Assembly: GCA_016935735.1 (NCBI GenBank)
Contig: JAFGQK010000090.1
Coordinates: 1,250-65,249 of the forward strand
Direction of reading: 5' to 3'
DNA length: 64,000 nucleotides
DNA from: Spirochaetales bacterium
Lineage (GTDB): Bacteria; Spirochaetota; Spirochaetia; SZUA-6; JAFGRV01
Shown here: piece by piece, positions 1-8,112 of the stretch
Layout: the number at the start of each line of letters is the position of its first letter
Numbering within the stretch: position 1 is the first letter of the stretch
Translations under genes and position numbers: made by a program
The notes under the pieces: model-generated
The model's database searches: none
What the model was told of the DNA's origin: nothing
What the model saw: only the letters and a program-made list of their open reading frames with translations

Positions 1-800
1 ATACTTCAGAAAAGGCCCCGAATGTTGCATATACCATACACTTTTATGCCATGTCTCATAATTTCAGAAGCAATGCAGACCAGGCTATGTCAAATGGAAT
101 TGCATTATTTGCCACAGAATGGGGTGTGAGTGATTATTCCGGTGATGGTTATATTGATATCAGTCAAGGAGGACCAGCAGACCAATGGACAGATTGGATG
201 GAAGCAAACTCCATCAGCTGGACTGCATGGAGCTTTTGCAATAAAGGTGAAAGCAGTGCAGCACTGGAACCATATACCTATGATAATGTAGACAATGAAG
301 CCCGCTGGGCGACAAATGAAGTCATGAGCGGTTATTCTATGCAGAGTGGCCCCTGGGATGACTCGGTAATCAAGGACTCTGGAGAATGGCTCAGGGATAA
401 GATGAATAACGGTGCATCCCCACCGACTGCTGAACCAACACCTGATCCTACTCCTGAATTATCCCCCCAACCAACCCAGGTACCTACTCCGGAACCACCA
501 GAACCAATAGGAGGCGGTGAAGGAGACTCTTTTAATAATCCGTTTATGATACCTGCTCCCCAGACAGAAACAATTATAGACCTCTCAAACGGCTACTGCT
601 GGGTCGGATTTCCACAGATAATTAATGGATCCCAAATAAACAGTAATGGTGGAGAGTTTAGTATCAGAATAGAAAATGAAAGTGGTACTGTCCTTAAATC
701 AACAAGCTTAACATGGTCCACAGGCGGAATCCGAGGAGAAGACCTTATTAAAATAGTTCTGCTTGATGGAAATGCAAGCATTAAATTGATATGGTGGTAA
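1..800 (+). CDS. Glycoside hydrolase family 5 endoglucanase, C-terminal part (5' end outside window) with PT-rich linker and unknown C-terminal module
   Basis: Frame 3 is open to the window edge (TSEKAPNVAYTIHFYAMSH...). HFYA and FATEWG (nucleophile Glu) motifs and the WTAWSFCNKGESSA block are typical of GH5 cellulases. A Pro/Thr/Glu linker (PPTAEPTPDPTPELSPQPTQVPTPEPPEP) precedes a ~95-aa C-terminal domain. Confidence 0.8.
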   Translation, partial: TSEKAPNVAYTIHFYAMSHNFRSNADQAMSNGIALFATEWGVSDYSGDGYIDISQGGPADQWTDWMEANSISWTAWSFCNKGESSAALEPYTYDNVDNEARWATNEVMSGYSMQSGPWDDSVIKDSGEWLRDKMNNGASPPTAEPTPDPTPELSPQPTQVPTPEPPEPIGGGEGDSFNNPFMIPAPQTETIIDLSNGYCWVGFPQIINGSQINSNGGEFSIRIENESGTVLKSTSLTWSTGGIRGEDLIKIVLLDGNASIKLIWW

Positions 801-825
801 AATATACATTCATAAGAGATATTTC

Positions 826-853
826 AGCCCGGCCGCGTCGGCCGGGTTTTTTT
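826..853 (+). terminator. Rho-independent terminator after the GH5 gene
   Basis: A 7-bp GC stem (cccggcc / ggccggg, 828-834 and 840-846) with a 5-nt loop is followed by a T7 run (847-853), 26 nt after the stop codon. Confidence 0.85.
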
Positions 854-974
854 ATAGAGAAGTGGGCACCTGTAAGTACTTTTTCAATAACTATGTAAAG
901 CAGAAGAAATTTGAAGTATATATATCGGATGTCGTCATAGAGGAAATTGAAAAGACAAATGATGTTGAAAAAAG

Positions 975-1409
975 GACCATGGAGGTGGCTGCCGCGGGAA
1001 AGCACAATCTCTTTCTCTTCGTGTTGCCGGGGAGCGGCAAGACAATGGCTGCTGACGGCTTCCTTCTTCCTTCCCACGATCATGCCACCGCTGTCCCGGC
1101 AGGAAGCCCTTGAAGTGATGCAGATTCATTCCCTTGCCGGGAGAGCCTGGAAAAAGGTTGCAGACTTATCAGGCAGGCACCCTTCGGATGCCTTACTACT
1201 CTGCATCACCGGCGGGGGCAAGGTACCGAAACCTGGGAGAAGCATCCCTGGCACATCACGGTATCCTGTTTCTGGACAAGGCCCCGGAGTTCCGGCCGAA
1301 TATTCTCCAGGCTTTACGCGAATCTATTGAAGCGGAAAAAGTGATTATAACACGAGCCCAGGCGAGTTTGTGGTACCCTGCTTCTTTAAAGGTTGGAACC
1401 ATTAGGTAA
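975..1409 (+). pseudogene. Decayed internal fragment of a ComM/YifB-type Mg-chelatase-like ATPase (at least 2 frameshifts, both ends missing)
   Basis: Three overlapping + frames together read as a ComM core: EVAAAGKHNLFLFVLPGSGKTMAA (Walker A); then IMPPLSRQEALEVMQIHSLAG; then PFRMPYYSASPAG...GEASLAHHGILFLDKAPEFRPNILQALRESIEAEKVIITRAQASLWYPA (Walker B/sensor region). The segment is visibly GC-richer than its surroundings. Confidence 0.7.
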
Positions 1410-1647
1410 CTGCTTATTCAAATTAGCTGCGATATCTATTATATTACTTCCTTTATCTATACTATAATCCTTTAGAGTAAATTCTATTTGCTTTATAAGA
1501 AAGAGACATGAAGGAAATGAAATGATAAAGCTATCATTAAAAACAGGAACTTGTCGCCTAATAAAGCATAGCTGGTAAACGACTCTCCCTCTTCACCGGG
1601 GAAGGTTTGTTCTACCGGGGAGGAACTTAGAGAAATAATCCGGCAAG

Positions 1648-1863
1648 TTATGATGAATGTGTCATTAAATGCTGGATTATTTTTTGTTTTTCGGATTCGT
1701 TAAAATCCAGACCATAAAACCGTAAAAACATTTCTACCCTAAGATCTTTTTCTGCTATACCAGGCTTTTTCTCCAAAATTGAGCTATATACAATGGTTTT
1801 AGCGGCTTCAAACATCGAACAACCCATAGCCAACCGTTCTGCATTTGTTTTTTTCTTCATCAT
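1648..1863 (-). CDS. Hypothetical small protein (71 aa)
   Basis: Isolated ORF with no recognisable motif. Kept only because nothing else occupies the region. Confidence 0.3.
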   Translation of the reverse strand: MMKKKTNAERLAMGCSMFEAAKTIVYSSILEKKPGIAEKDLRVEMFLRFYGLDFNESEKQKIIQHLMTHSS

Positions 1864-2222
1864 CTTAATGAAATCAGTATAGCATGGAGAAAATTCAATA
1901 AAACTTGATTACTGATTTAACAACTAATTTTTATCACTGGTTATATACATCTTATCTTTAGAGCCTCTTGCAAAAATCGCATTATATTTTTTTCCTTCCG
2001 AATCCGGGAAGGTGAGGAAAATTAAAGGTTTACACGGTTTGTTAAACCGAAGCTATATTGTCCCCGACGCACTTTGTTCAGCCGGGCAGAGTGACAGATG
2101 ACAGAACATCCGGTTTCTCCGGGATAATAATTCCGGTAAATATACATTTAACGAATTCTTATTGTATGCAATTGTTCATGTCAAAATAAACTATCTATCA
2201 AAACCCATTATATGATAACCTG

Positions 2223-2374
2223 TGTTACTATGGATGAAAATCTTGGTATTATTCCAGGATTTTCACCCGGTAACACTTGCATTGGCCAAAACCTTCATGG
2301 ATGTAATGTAATTACAGGGCAAAAAACATTTCTTGCTTTTCTTGTTTTAGGTTGTGGGCATAGCCAACGCTGTG
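2223..2374. repeat. Copy A of a ~150-bp hairpin-containing intergenic repeat
   Basis: A degenerate hairpin (gaaaatcttgg tattatt ccaggattttc) is followed by a conserved tail (...gatgtaatgtaattacagg...tttcttgcttttcttgttttaggttgtgggcatagccaacgctgt) that aligns with copy B at roughly 75-80% by eye. Confidence 0.6.
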
Positions 2375-2557
2375 AGAGATTATATTTCCTCCCAAACTTA
2401 ATAAAAGAGTTTTTAACAATGTAAATATGGATTAAAAAGCCGGATTCGCCAGTTCCACCCTGTTCTGCACCCGGCATTTTTTATACATATGCAGTTCCCG
2501 GAATCACACCCCGGGGAAAATCAACCTTGACAGGACAAATAAAAGCTACTACCCTGT

Positions 2558-2707
2558 ACTACCAGGTCGAGAATCCTGGAATTTTACCAGGATTCTCGAC
2601 CTGGTAGTATTGGCGTTGGCAGGTACCTTCCCGGATATGATGTAATTACAGGTAATAGAGTATTTCCTGCTTTTCATGTTTTGGGTTATGGGCATAGTCA
2701 ACACTGT
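2558..2707. repeat. Copy B of the same repeat, with a perfect 22-bp inverted repeat
   Basis: actaccaggtcgagaatcctgg (2558-2579), a 7-nt loop, then ccaggattctcgacctggtagt (2587-2608). The tail is ...gatatgatgtaattacagg...tatttcctgcttttcatgttttgggttatgggcatagtcaacactgt. Confidence 0.7.
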
Positions 2708-2809
2708 ACCCGCATAGTTAGAATCCCTGAATATTCTTACATTTTAACTATGAGGAGTGGCAAATACCTTTATACTATAAAATAATGAGGGAGGAAAAAA
2801 CTATCCAGA

Positions 2810-3640
2810 ATGCCTGAACTGCCGGATATTGAATATATTGTAAAAAAAATAACACCTGCTGTTTCCAACCGGATTATTAAAGAAGTATCGGTAAAACAAC
2901 CCGTTGTTATCCGGATGATCATACCTGGTGCGGTAACGGAAATCCTTCCCGGTAAACATATTATTTCTGTCCAGCGCCACGGCCCGTTTCTGCTTTTCCG
3001 TATGGATACCCTTGACCTGGTAATCCACTTCATGCTGGAAGGGAGAATTAGTATACAATATGATAAGAAAAGCATGAAATCGACCTGTCTTTCAATTATA
3101 CTGGACAATGGTATATTCATGCATTTTTCGGACAGACGGCTGATGATGAAGATATATGTTACAGAGAAAAACTCTTATGATAAAATCCCTGGATTTGATA
3201 CGCAGGGCATTGATATAATGAGTAATGATTTTACCCTTGAATATTTTCTGAAATGCATGGAAAAAAAGTCGTGTCAGGTACGGGTGTTTCTCCTGGATCA
3301 ATCTGTGTTAAGCGCAATCGGGAATGCATATGCAGATGAAATTCTCTATAATGCCGGGATTAATCCACGGAAAAAAATCGATGACCTGGATAAAAAAGAT
3401 AAAAACGGACTTTTTAAAAGTATTCGTGATGTTATGCAATGGGGAATCTGCGAAGTAGAGAAAGCCAATCAACCCGTAGAAATAAAAGTAAGGGATCATA
3501 TGAAGGTACGCGGCCATGCCGGAAAACCATGTATTGCATGTAGTACGATAATACGCAAAATCGCTGTATATGGTTTTGATTCTTATTATTGCCCGGGATG
3601 CCAACCCGTCCCGGAAAATTATTTTATACAGTGGAAATGA
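2810..3640 (+). CDS. mutM: Fpg/Nei-family DNA glycosylase/AP lyase (formamidopyrimidine-DNA glycosylase-like)
   Basis: N-terminal MPELPDIEYI (catalytic Pro2/Glu3 signature MPELPEVE), a central H2TH-like region (LLDQSVLSAIGNAYADEILYNAGI), and a C-terminal zinc finger CIACSTIIRKIAVYGFDSYYCPGCQ. Confidence 0.85.
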   Translation: MPELPDIEYIVKKITPAVSNRIIKEVSVKQPVVIRMIIPGAVTEILPGKHIISVQRHGPFLLFRMDTLDLVIHFMLEGRISIQYDKKSMKSTCLSIILDNGIFMHFSDRRLMMKIYVTEKNSYDKIPGFDTQGIDIMSNDFTLEYFLKCMEKKSCQVRVFLLDQSVLSAIGNAYADEILYNAGINPRKKIDDLDKKDKNGLFKSIRDVMQWGICEVEKANQPVEIKVRDHMKVRGHAGKPCIACSTIIRKIAVYGFDSYYCPGCQPVPENYFIQWK

Positions 3641-3659
3641 AAAAAAGAAAGGAGTTCGT

Positions 3660-4382
3660 ATGGTGTCTTTTAAAAAATTATCCAGTCACCTGGTGTACCT
3701 GGTTTTTGATATCCTCATGATCCTGGCCGAACTTTTCTTATTTGAAAAACTGGTTGCCAACTGGGAAACCCTCTGGAATGGTACATACTTCTGGGTCTTT
3801 CTTTTTTTCTGTCTTGGTATTTTCCTTAAGTGGTGGGACCCGGAATATCTGAAAGGCATTGATACCTTCGGGCAAAAATACACAATTGTAAGCGTGATAT
3901 CCATCTACTTTTTCGGGCTGGGACTCGGCGGGTTTGCTCTTTTCAGCTTTGCCGGTATCTTTTTCAAAGGAGTACCGCCTATCTATATTGCAATACCTGC
4001 TGCCCTTATCTTTGTTTTCGGATACCCGGTCCTTTTCGGTTTTATTTCAAAAACAAAAACCCCGGATACAAAAAAACTGCCCGTGATTATAGTATTCCTG
4101 CTGCAAATGGTTTCATATGCTGCACTCTTTTTCATGAATATATATATGTTAAGTTTTGCATACTATCAGCTTGAAAAATTCAGGGCACATACGGTAATCC
4201 CTTTATGGACATATCCTTTTGTTATATTAATTGTGGCCCTTTTAATTATTCTCTTTTACCTGCCGGCACGAATTCACCTGTTTTTTCAAGCTGCCGATAA
4301 AAAAGGTAATTATATAAGCTTTATCATTACCTGTGCAGGACTGGCACTCTTTGCTGTTACAGGAATATACCTTAGATTTTAG
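3660..4382 (+). CDS. Polytopic membrane protein, hypothetical
   Basis: The ATG at 3660 is preceded by aaaggag. About 7 hydrophobic segments. The longer ORF from 3570 would overlap fpg, so it was trimmed. Confidence 0.5.
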   Translation: MVSFKKLSSHLVYLVFDILMILAELFLFEKLVANWETLWNGTYFWVFLFFCLGIFLKWWDPEYLKGIDTFGQKYTIVSVISIYFFGLGLGGFALFSFAGIFFKGVPPIYIAIPAALIFVFGYPVLFGFISKTKTPDTKKLPVIIVFLLQMVSYAALFFMNIYMLSFAYYQLEKFRAHTVIPLWTYPFVILIVALLIILFYLPARIHLFFQAADKKGNYISFIITCAGLALFAVTGIYLRF

Positions 4383-4467
4383 AAACATATAAAACTTTTT
4401 ATAGATAACGTACTATTGATTTCAATAGTGATTTTTTACAATGCACCCTTGAAAGAGTGAAAAAGTT

Positions 4468-5091
4468 ATGAAGAAATATCTTTTCATCCTTATAATTTTT
4501 CTTATTACAACTGGTACATTGAATCTATTTGCAGACAGTGCTTATTTTCCATTCGTAAACCTGGAAAAAAAATCTTTTCATATACTCAACTGTCCTTATA
4601 CCACTGTTTTTATTGACTGGGATTCCTGGAACTGGGATATTAATCATTTCAATCATGGGGGACTGCTGGCATCTGCCATTACCTTTATCGCAGGCATCTC
4701 TTTATATGCAGGGGGGGGAGCCGCTGCATCGACCAACCTGGATATGGCTTTACTACTCATCACCATCGGGGTCCCGGTAAACTGTGCAGGCTGTCTTTTG
4801 GAGGATTTTTTTCTTCAAAATATCCATAATAAATACAAAGCAAAAAGCGTTGCCATAAAAGAGGACTATGTATTCTGGTCATGGATGTTAAGCAGCATTG
4901 GGGTGGCGTTGTTTACCGGTTCCATTGCTGCCCGGTTTATTGAACCCGGCATAACAGGCACAATAATATCAATTTCCCTTGGGGGTACTGCCATGATTGT
5001 AAATGTCCTGGATTTCTTTCTGGTTAAGCAGGCATGGCTCAAAGAAATAAACACCGGTATCAGTATCTATGGATTTCAACAGGGATTTTAA
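4468..5091 (+). CDS. Signal-peptide/membrane protein, hypothetical
   Basis: N-terminal MKKYLFILIIFLITTGTLNLFA signal-like segment followed by several hydrophobic helices. No known motif. Confidence 0.45.
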   Translation: MKKYLFILIIFLITTGTLNLFADSAYFPFVNLEKKSFHILNCPYTTVFIDWDSWNWDINHFNHGGLLASAITFIAGISLYAGGGAAASTNLDMALLLITIGVPVNCAGCLLEDFFLQNIHNKYKAKSVAIKEDYVFWSWMLSSIGVALFTGSIAARFIEPGITGTIISISLGGTAMIVNVLDFFLVKQAWLKEINTGISIYGFQQGF

Positions 5092-5153
5092 AAATCGCAC
5101 CCCTTCTTACCCCATCGATTGACCATTCCCGTTATTCCCGTTATACTCTTTAT

Positions 5154-5564
5154 ATGTTTCGACCAGATCCATTTTTAAATCCGGCTTCATATATCCTTTT
5201 AAAATCCCTGCCGCTTCTTATTATGGCAGTACTCATATTCAATATGATACAACGAGTCCTATGGAAGGGATGGGGAAAAAAAAGGTCTTCAAGTTTCTAT
5301 TCAGCACTCCTTATTACTTCACTTCTTGCGGCAGCCGCTCTTATTATGCGTTTTAAACTGAACGATCTTCTCCTTATCCCTGTTATCCTGGGAATTATTT
5401 TTTTTATTATGGTGAAAAGAAAAATTCTTTTCCCATATAAAACGAAATGCATACAGTGCGGGAATCCGCTTTCCATAAAGAGAATCATTGCTATTGAATC
5501 AAATCTCTGCCGGAATTGCGAAAGCGATTCCCTGAATAGTGAAGACAATGAGAAGGAGAAATAA
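5154..5564 (+). CDS. Membrane protein with C-terminal CxxC...CxxC zinc ribbon, hypothetical
   Basis: Start moved to the ATG at 5154 (MFRPDPF) to avoid overlap with the previous gene. Three hydrophobic helices are followed by CIQCGNPLSIKRIIAIESNLCRNC. Confidence 0.4.
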   Translation: MFRPDPFLNPASYILLKSLPLLIMAVLIFNMIQRVLWKGWGKKRSSSFYSALLITSLLAAAALIMRFKLNDLLLIPVILGIIFFIMVKRKILFPYKTKCIQCGNPLSIKRIIAIESNLCRNCESDSLNSEDNEKEK

Positions 5565-5576
5565 TGATGTACTCCT

Positions 5577-6812
5577 TTAGTTTCTGTGGAACATTTTCTC
5601 TATGATATCCTTGTTATCCAGGATCGAACTCAAGCTCTGGTCATAATGAAGCCGGTAGATACTTTTTGCAAAAAGCGGGGCCAGGTTTGCACTTATATAC
5701 CATTCCTTGTTCAATAATTCATCTGTATGGTACACTGCATTTGTCCCGATTACTTTATTAAACAGACCGTTCTTATACGCTTCATCAAAATGCTGGAGAG
5801 CCTGGCCATTAAAAAGCGGAAGGCTTACGGCACAGATAATCTCCCTGGCACCCGATTCCTTTAAAAACTTAATTGCCTTAATAATCGTACCCCCGGTCCC
5901 GAGCATATCATCACACATGAACACCGTTTTATTCTGCACAGAACCAAGAAGTGTCATATTTGTTATATTACAGTCTTCTGCATTATGGGTAAGCTGGGAA
6001 TAATCCCTTTCCTTATAAATCATGCCAAGGGGTTTCCCCAGGGTACGGGCATAAAATTTGTTCCTGTCCACTGCTCCTGTATCAGGAGCAACAATAACAA
6101 GATCCGGATTATCCAGATCGGTAATTGAACTTAAGACTTTTAATATCTGATACGATGCCCTTAAGTTCTCCAATCTTAGCTTATTAAAGCTGTTTTCAAT
6201 TTCCTTGGAATGAATATCAAGGGTAATAATCCTCTCTATGCCGAAATATTCCATCATCTGCCCGAACCGGGCGGCAGTAAGACCTTCTCTTGATTTTTTC
6301 CGGTGCTGCCGGGAATAAGGATACAGGGGAATAACAATGGTAATACGTCCTGCCCCTGCCTGCAGAACAGCATCCACCGTAACAAAGAGATTAAAGATAT
6401 GGTCATTAATAGAAAGGATATGTTTTTCCTTTGATTCATAAAATGATATTGGACAATGATTGGCAATATCCTGGATAATATACATATCCCGGCCTCTTAT
6501 CGAAGTATGGATTTCTGTCTTAAACTCCCCATTGGCAAACCTGTAAAAATTCGCCCGGATACCATATTTGGGTGCCGGGTAATGGGAAATATCATGAGAT
6601 GAATTGTTTTTTAAATACGTAATGTCCCGGTTAAAATGAATCTTTTTAATAATTTCTGTTTCAGGCATGGAGTATTTCCTGGAAAGATAAGAAATTCTTT
6701 TCTTGAATTTTCTAATAGAAATATCTTTAAGATGGTGAATTACTTCCCTGGCAAAATATTCACCCCCGGGACATGCAATAACACCAATCTGGGTTTGATT
6801 ACTATAGATCAT
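5577..6812 (-). CDS. prs: Ribose-phosphate pyrophosphokinase (PRPP synthetase), long form with N-terminal-half insertion
   Basis: IACPGGEYFAREV, YPYSRQHRK, TLDIHS, VAPDTGAVDR and the PRPP-binding loop FMCDDMLGTGGT. At 411 aa it is longer than the usual ~315 aa. Confidence 0.85.
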   Translation of the reverse strand: MIYSNQTQIGVIACPGGEYFAREVIHHLKDISIRKFKKRISYLSRKYSMPETEIIKKIHFNRDITYLKNNSSHDISHYPAPKYGIRANFYRFANGEFKTEIHTSIRGRDMYIIQDIANHCPISFYESKEKHILSINDHIFNLFVTVDAVLQAGAGRITIVIPLYPYSRQHRKKSREGLTAARFGQMMEYFGIERIITLDIHSKEIENSFNKLRLENLRASYQILKVLSSITDLDNPDLVIVAPDTGAVDRNKFYARTLGKPLGMIYKERDYSQLTHNAEDCNITNMTLLGSVQNKTVFMCDDMLGTGGTIIKAIKFLKESGAREIICAVSLPLFNGQALQHFDEAYKNGLFNKVIGTNAVYHTDELLNKEWYISANLAPLFAKSIYRLHYDQSLSSILDNKDIIEKMFHRN

Positions 6813-6830
6813 ATTACACCTTAATTATTC

Positions 6831-7049
6831 TTACAAATTTTTAAATATCTCTTTTTTTATATCCAGAACCTTATTTTTTACTTCCATCTCTTTCCCGCAA
6901 CACACCGGGGTCTGGATTTCCCTTCCGCATGTCGGACAAAAAAATACAAAATCATCTTTTTCCATTTTTTTACCGCAACATACGGGAAACTTTTTTGATT
7001 TCCTGCACAAAACACATACAAGTTCCTTTTCACTCACACGGGGCATCAA
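6831..7049 (-). CDS. Small cysteine-rich protein with duplicated PVCCGKxME motif (putative Zn-binding)
   Basis: 72 aa with 10 Cys: CVLC...PVCCGKKME...CPTC...PVCCGKEME. Lies 18 nt downstream of prs on the same strand. Confidence 0.5.
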   Translation of the reverse strand: MMPRVSEKELVCVLCRKSKKFPVCCGKKMEKDDFVFFCPTCGREIQTPVCCGKEMEVKNKVLDIKKEIFKNL

Positions 7050-7335
7050 TATACTCCTTTCTTTTTTGATTTAAATAAAAATATCATTCAATCTTAAAAA
7101 AATAATAATATTCTTCATTTTTTTACTTTTAAGTAAAAGCCTTTATCATATAAGCCTGAATTCGGTTGTCGATAATATATTGTCTCTTACCTGTTCATTT
7201 TCAATTATTTTTATATAATATATTGATGTCCTCTGCCACAGAAACTTTCTAGATGAAATGATAGCATGAAAAATAAAGAAAAGTCAAGACATAAAGACAT
7301 TTTCAGGAAAGAATTTGATAAAGTATAAAATCAGG

Positions 7336-8031
7336 CTAATAATCGAAATAGGATATGGTATCCCCGCCGGAAGTGATTCCGGTATGAGGATTATATAAAT
7401 CAAGCATCTTTTCACCATCTATGAGGAAATAATAGAAATACCTCCCGGGAGCTACCCGCAGCGAGATAAAGTAATACCCTGGCGGAGCCTCTTTTAACAC
7501 ATGCATATAGGGGTCCCAATCATTAAATGAACCTACCAGGGAGATAATCCGTCCTGGTCTGGTTTTAAACACGAATCTGACATATCCATTATCATCCTTT
7601 TGCGGATTTATTATTTCTTCTTCAATTATTTTTGTAATTTTAAACAGTGAATAATCAATACCCAGTAAATCCTGTTCAAACAGGGGATTTGTTGGGTCTT
7701 TCATTACAAGACCATCTACAACAAGTCTGTATTTTAATACCGGACTATTATTCGGAATTGGATAAATAAAGAAAAAAATACCATTGTCATTACACTGGTA
7801 TATATGCTGGATACTGTACCCTTCATGTTCAAATATTACCATAACAGACCGTACAGGCTTTGGCGATTCAAATGTAAAAATGATATTACTACCATAAAAT
7901 TCCGGTTGATCTGCTCTATCCAGCTCCACGACTTTTAAATGAAGATACGTGTCCAAAGAGCCGAATAATGAATATGGGCTTAATAAAAGTAAGAGTAATG
8001 GAAACAATAAATGGGATGTAATATTTTTCAT
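7336..8031 (-). CDS. Secreted protein with CBM48/AMPK-beta glycogen-binding-like (E-set) domain(s)
   Basis: Signal peptide MKNITSHLLFPLLLLLLSPYSLFG. C-terminal VSLVGSFNDWDP...YYFLIDGEKMLDLYNP is typical of CBM48/AMPK1_CBM, and the N-terminal half has a similar beta-sandwich-like pattern. Confidence 0.6.
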   Translation of the reverse strand: MKNITSHLLFPLLLLLLSPYSLFGSLDTYLHLKVVELDRADQPEFYGSNIIFTFESPKPVRSVMVIFEHEGYSIQHIYQCNDNGIFFFIYPIPNNSPVLKYRLVVDGLVMKDPTNPLFEQDLLGIDYSLFKITKIIEEEIINPQKDDNGYVRFVFKTRPGRIISLVGSFNDWDPYMHVLKEAPPGYYFISLRVAPGRYFYYFLIDGEKMLDLYNPHTGITSGGDTISYFDY

Positions 8032-8112
8032 ATCTGTGCTATACTAGTATTCGGAATAATTTTGTTATTTCTAAAGCCGATATATAAATAAGGCAGAGGT
8101 AAGAGACTTAAA

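Noticed and set aside
862-1409. Three overlapping plus-strand ORFs (83, 127, 91 aa) as separate genes
   Set aside because: Read together they are consecutive pieces of one ComM/YifB core in three frames, so they were annotated as a single pseudogene instead.
2212-2477. 70-aa (+) and 60-aa (-) ORFs over the repeat element
   Set aside because: The nucleotide-level repeat/hairpin structure explains the conservation. The ORFs have no RBS, and the frame is not preserved in copy B.
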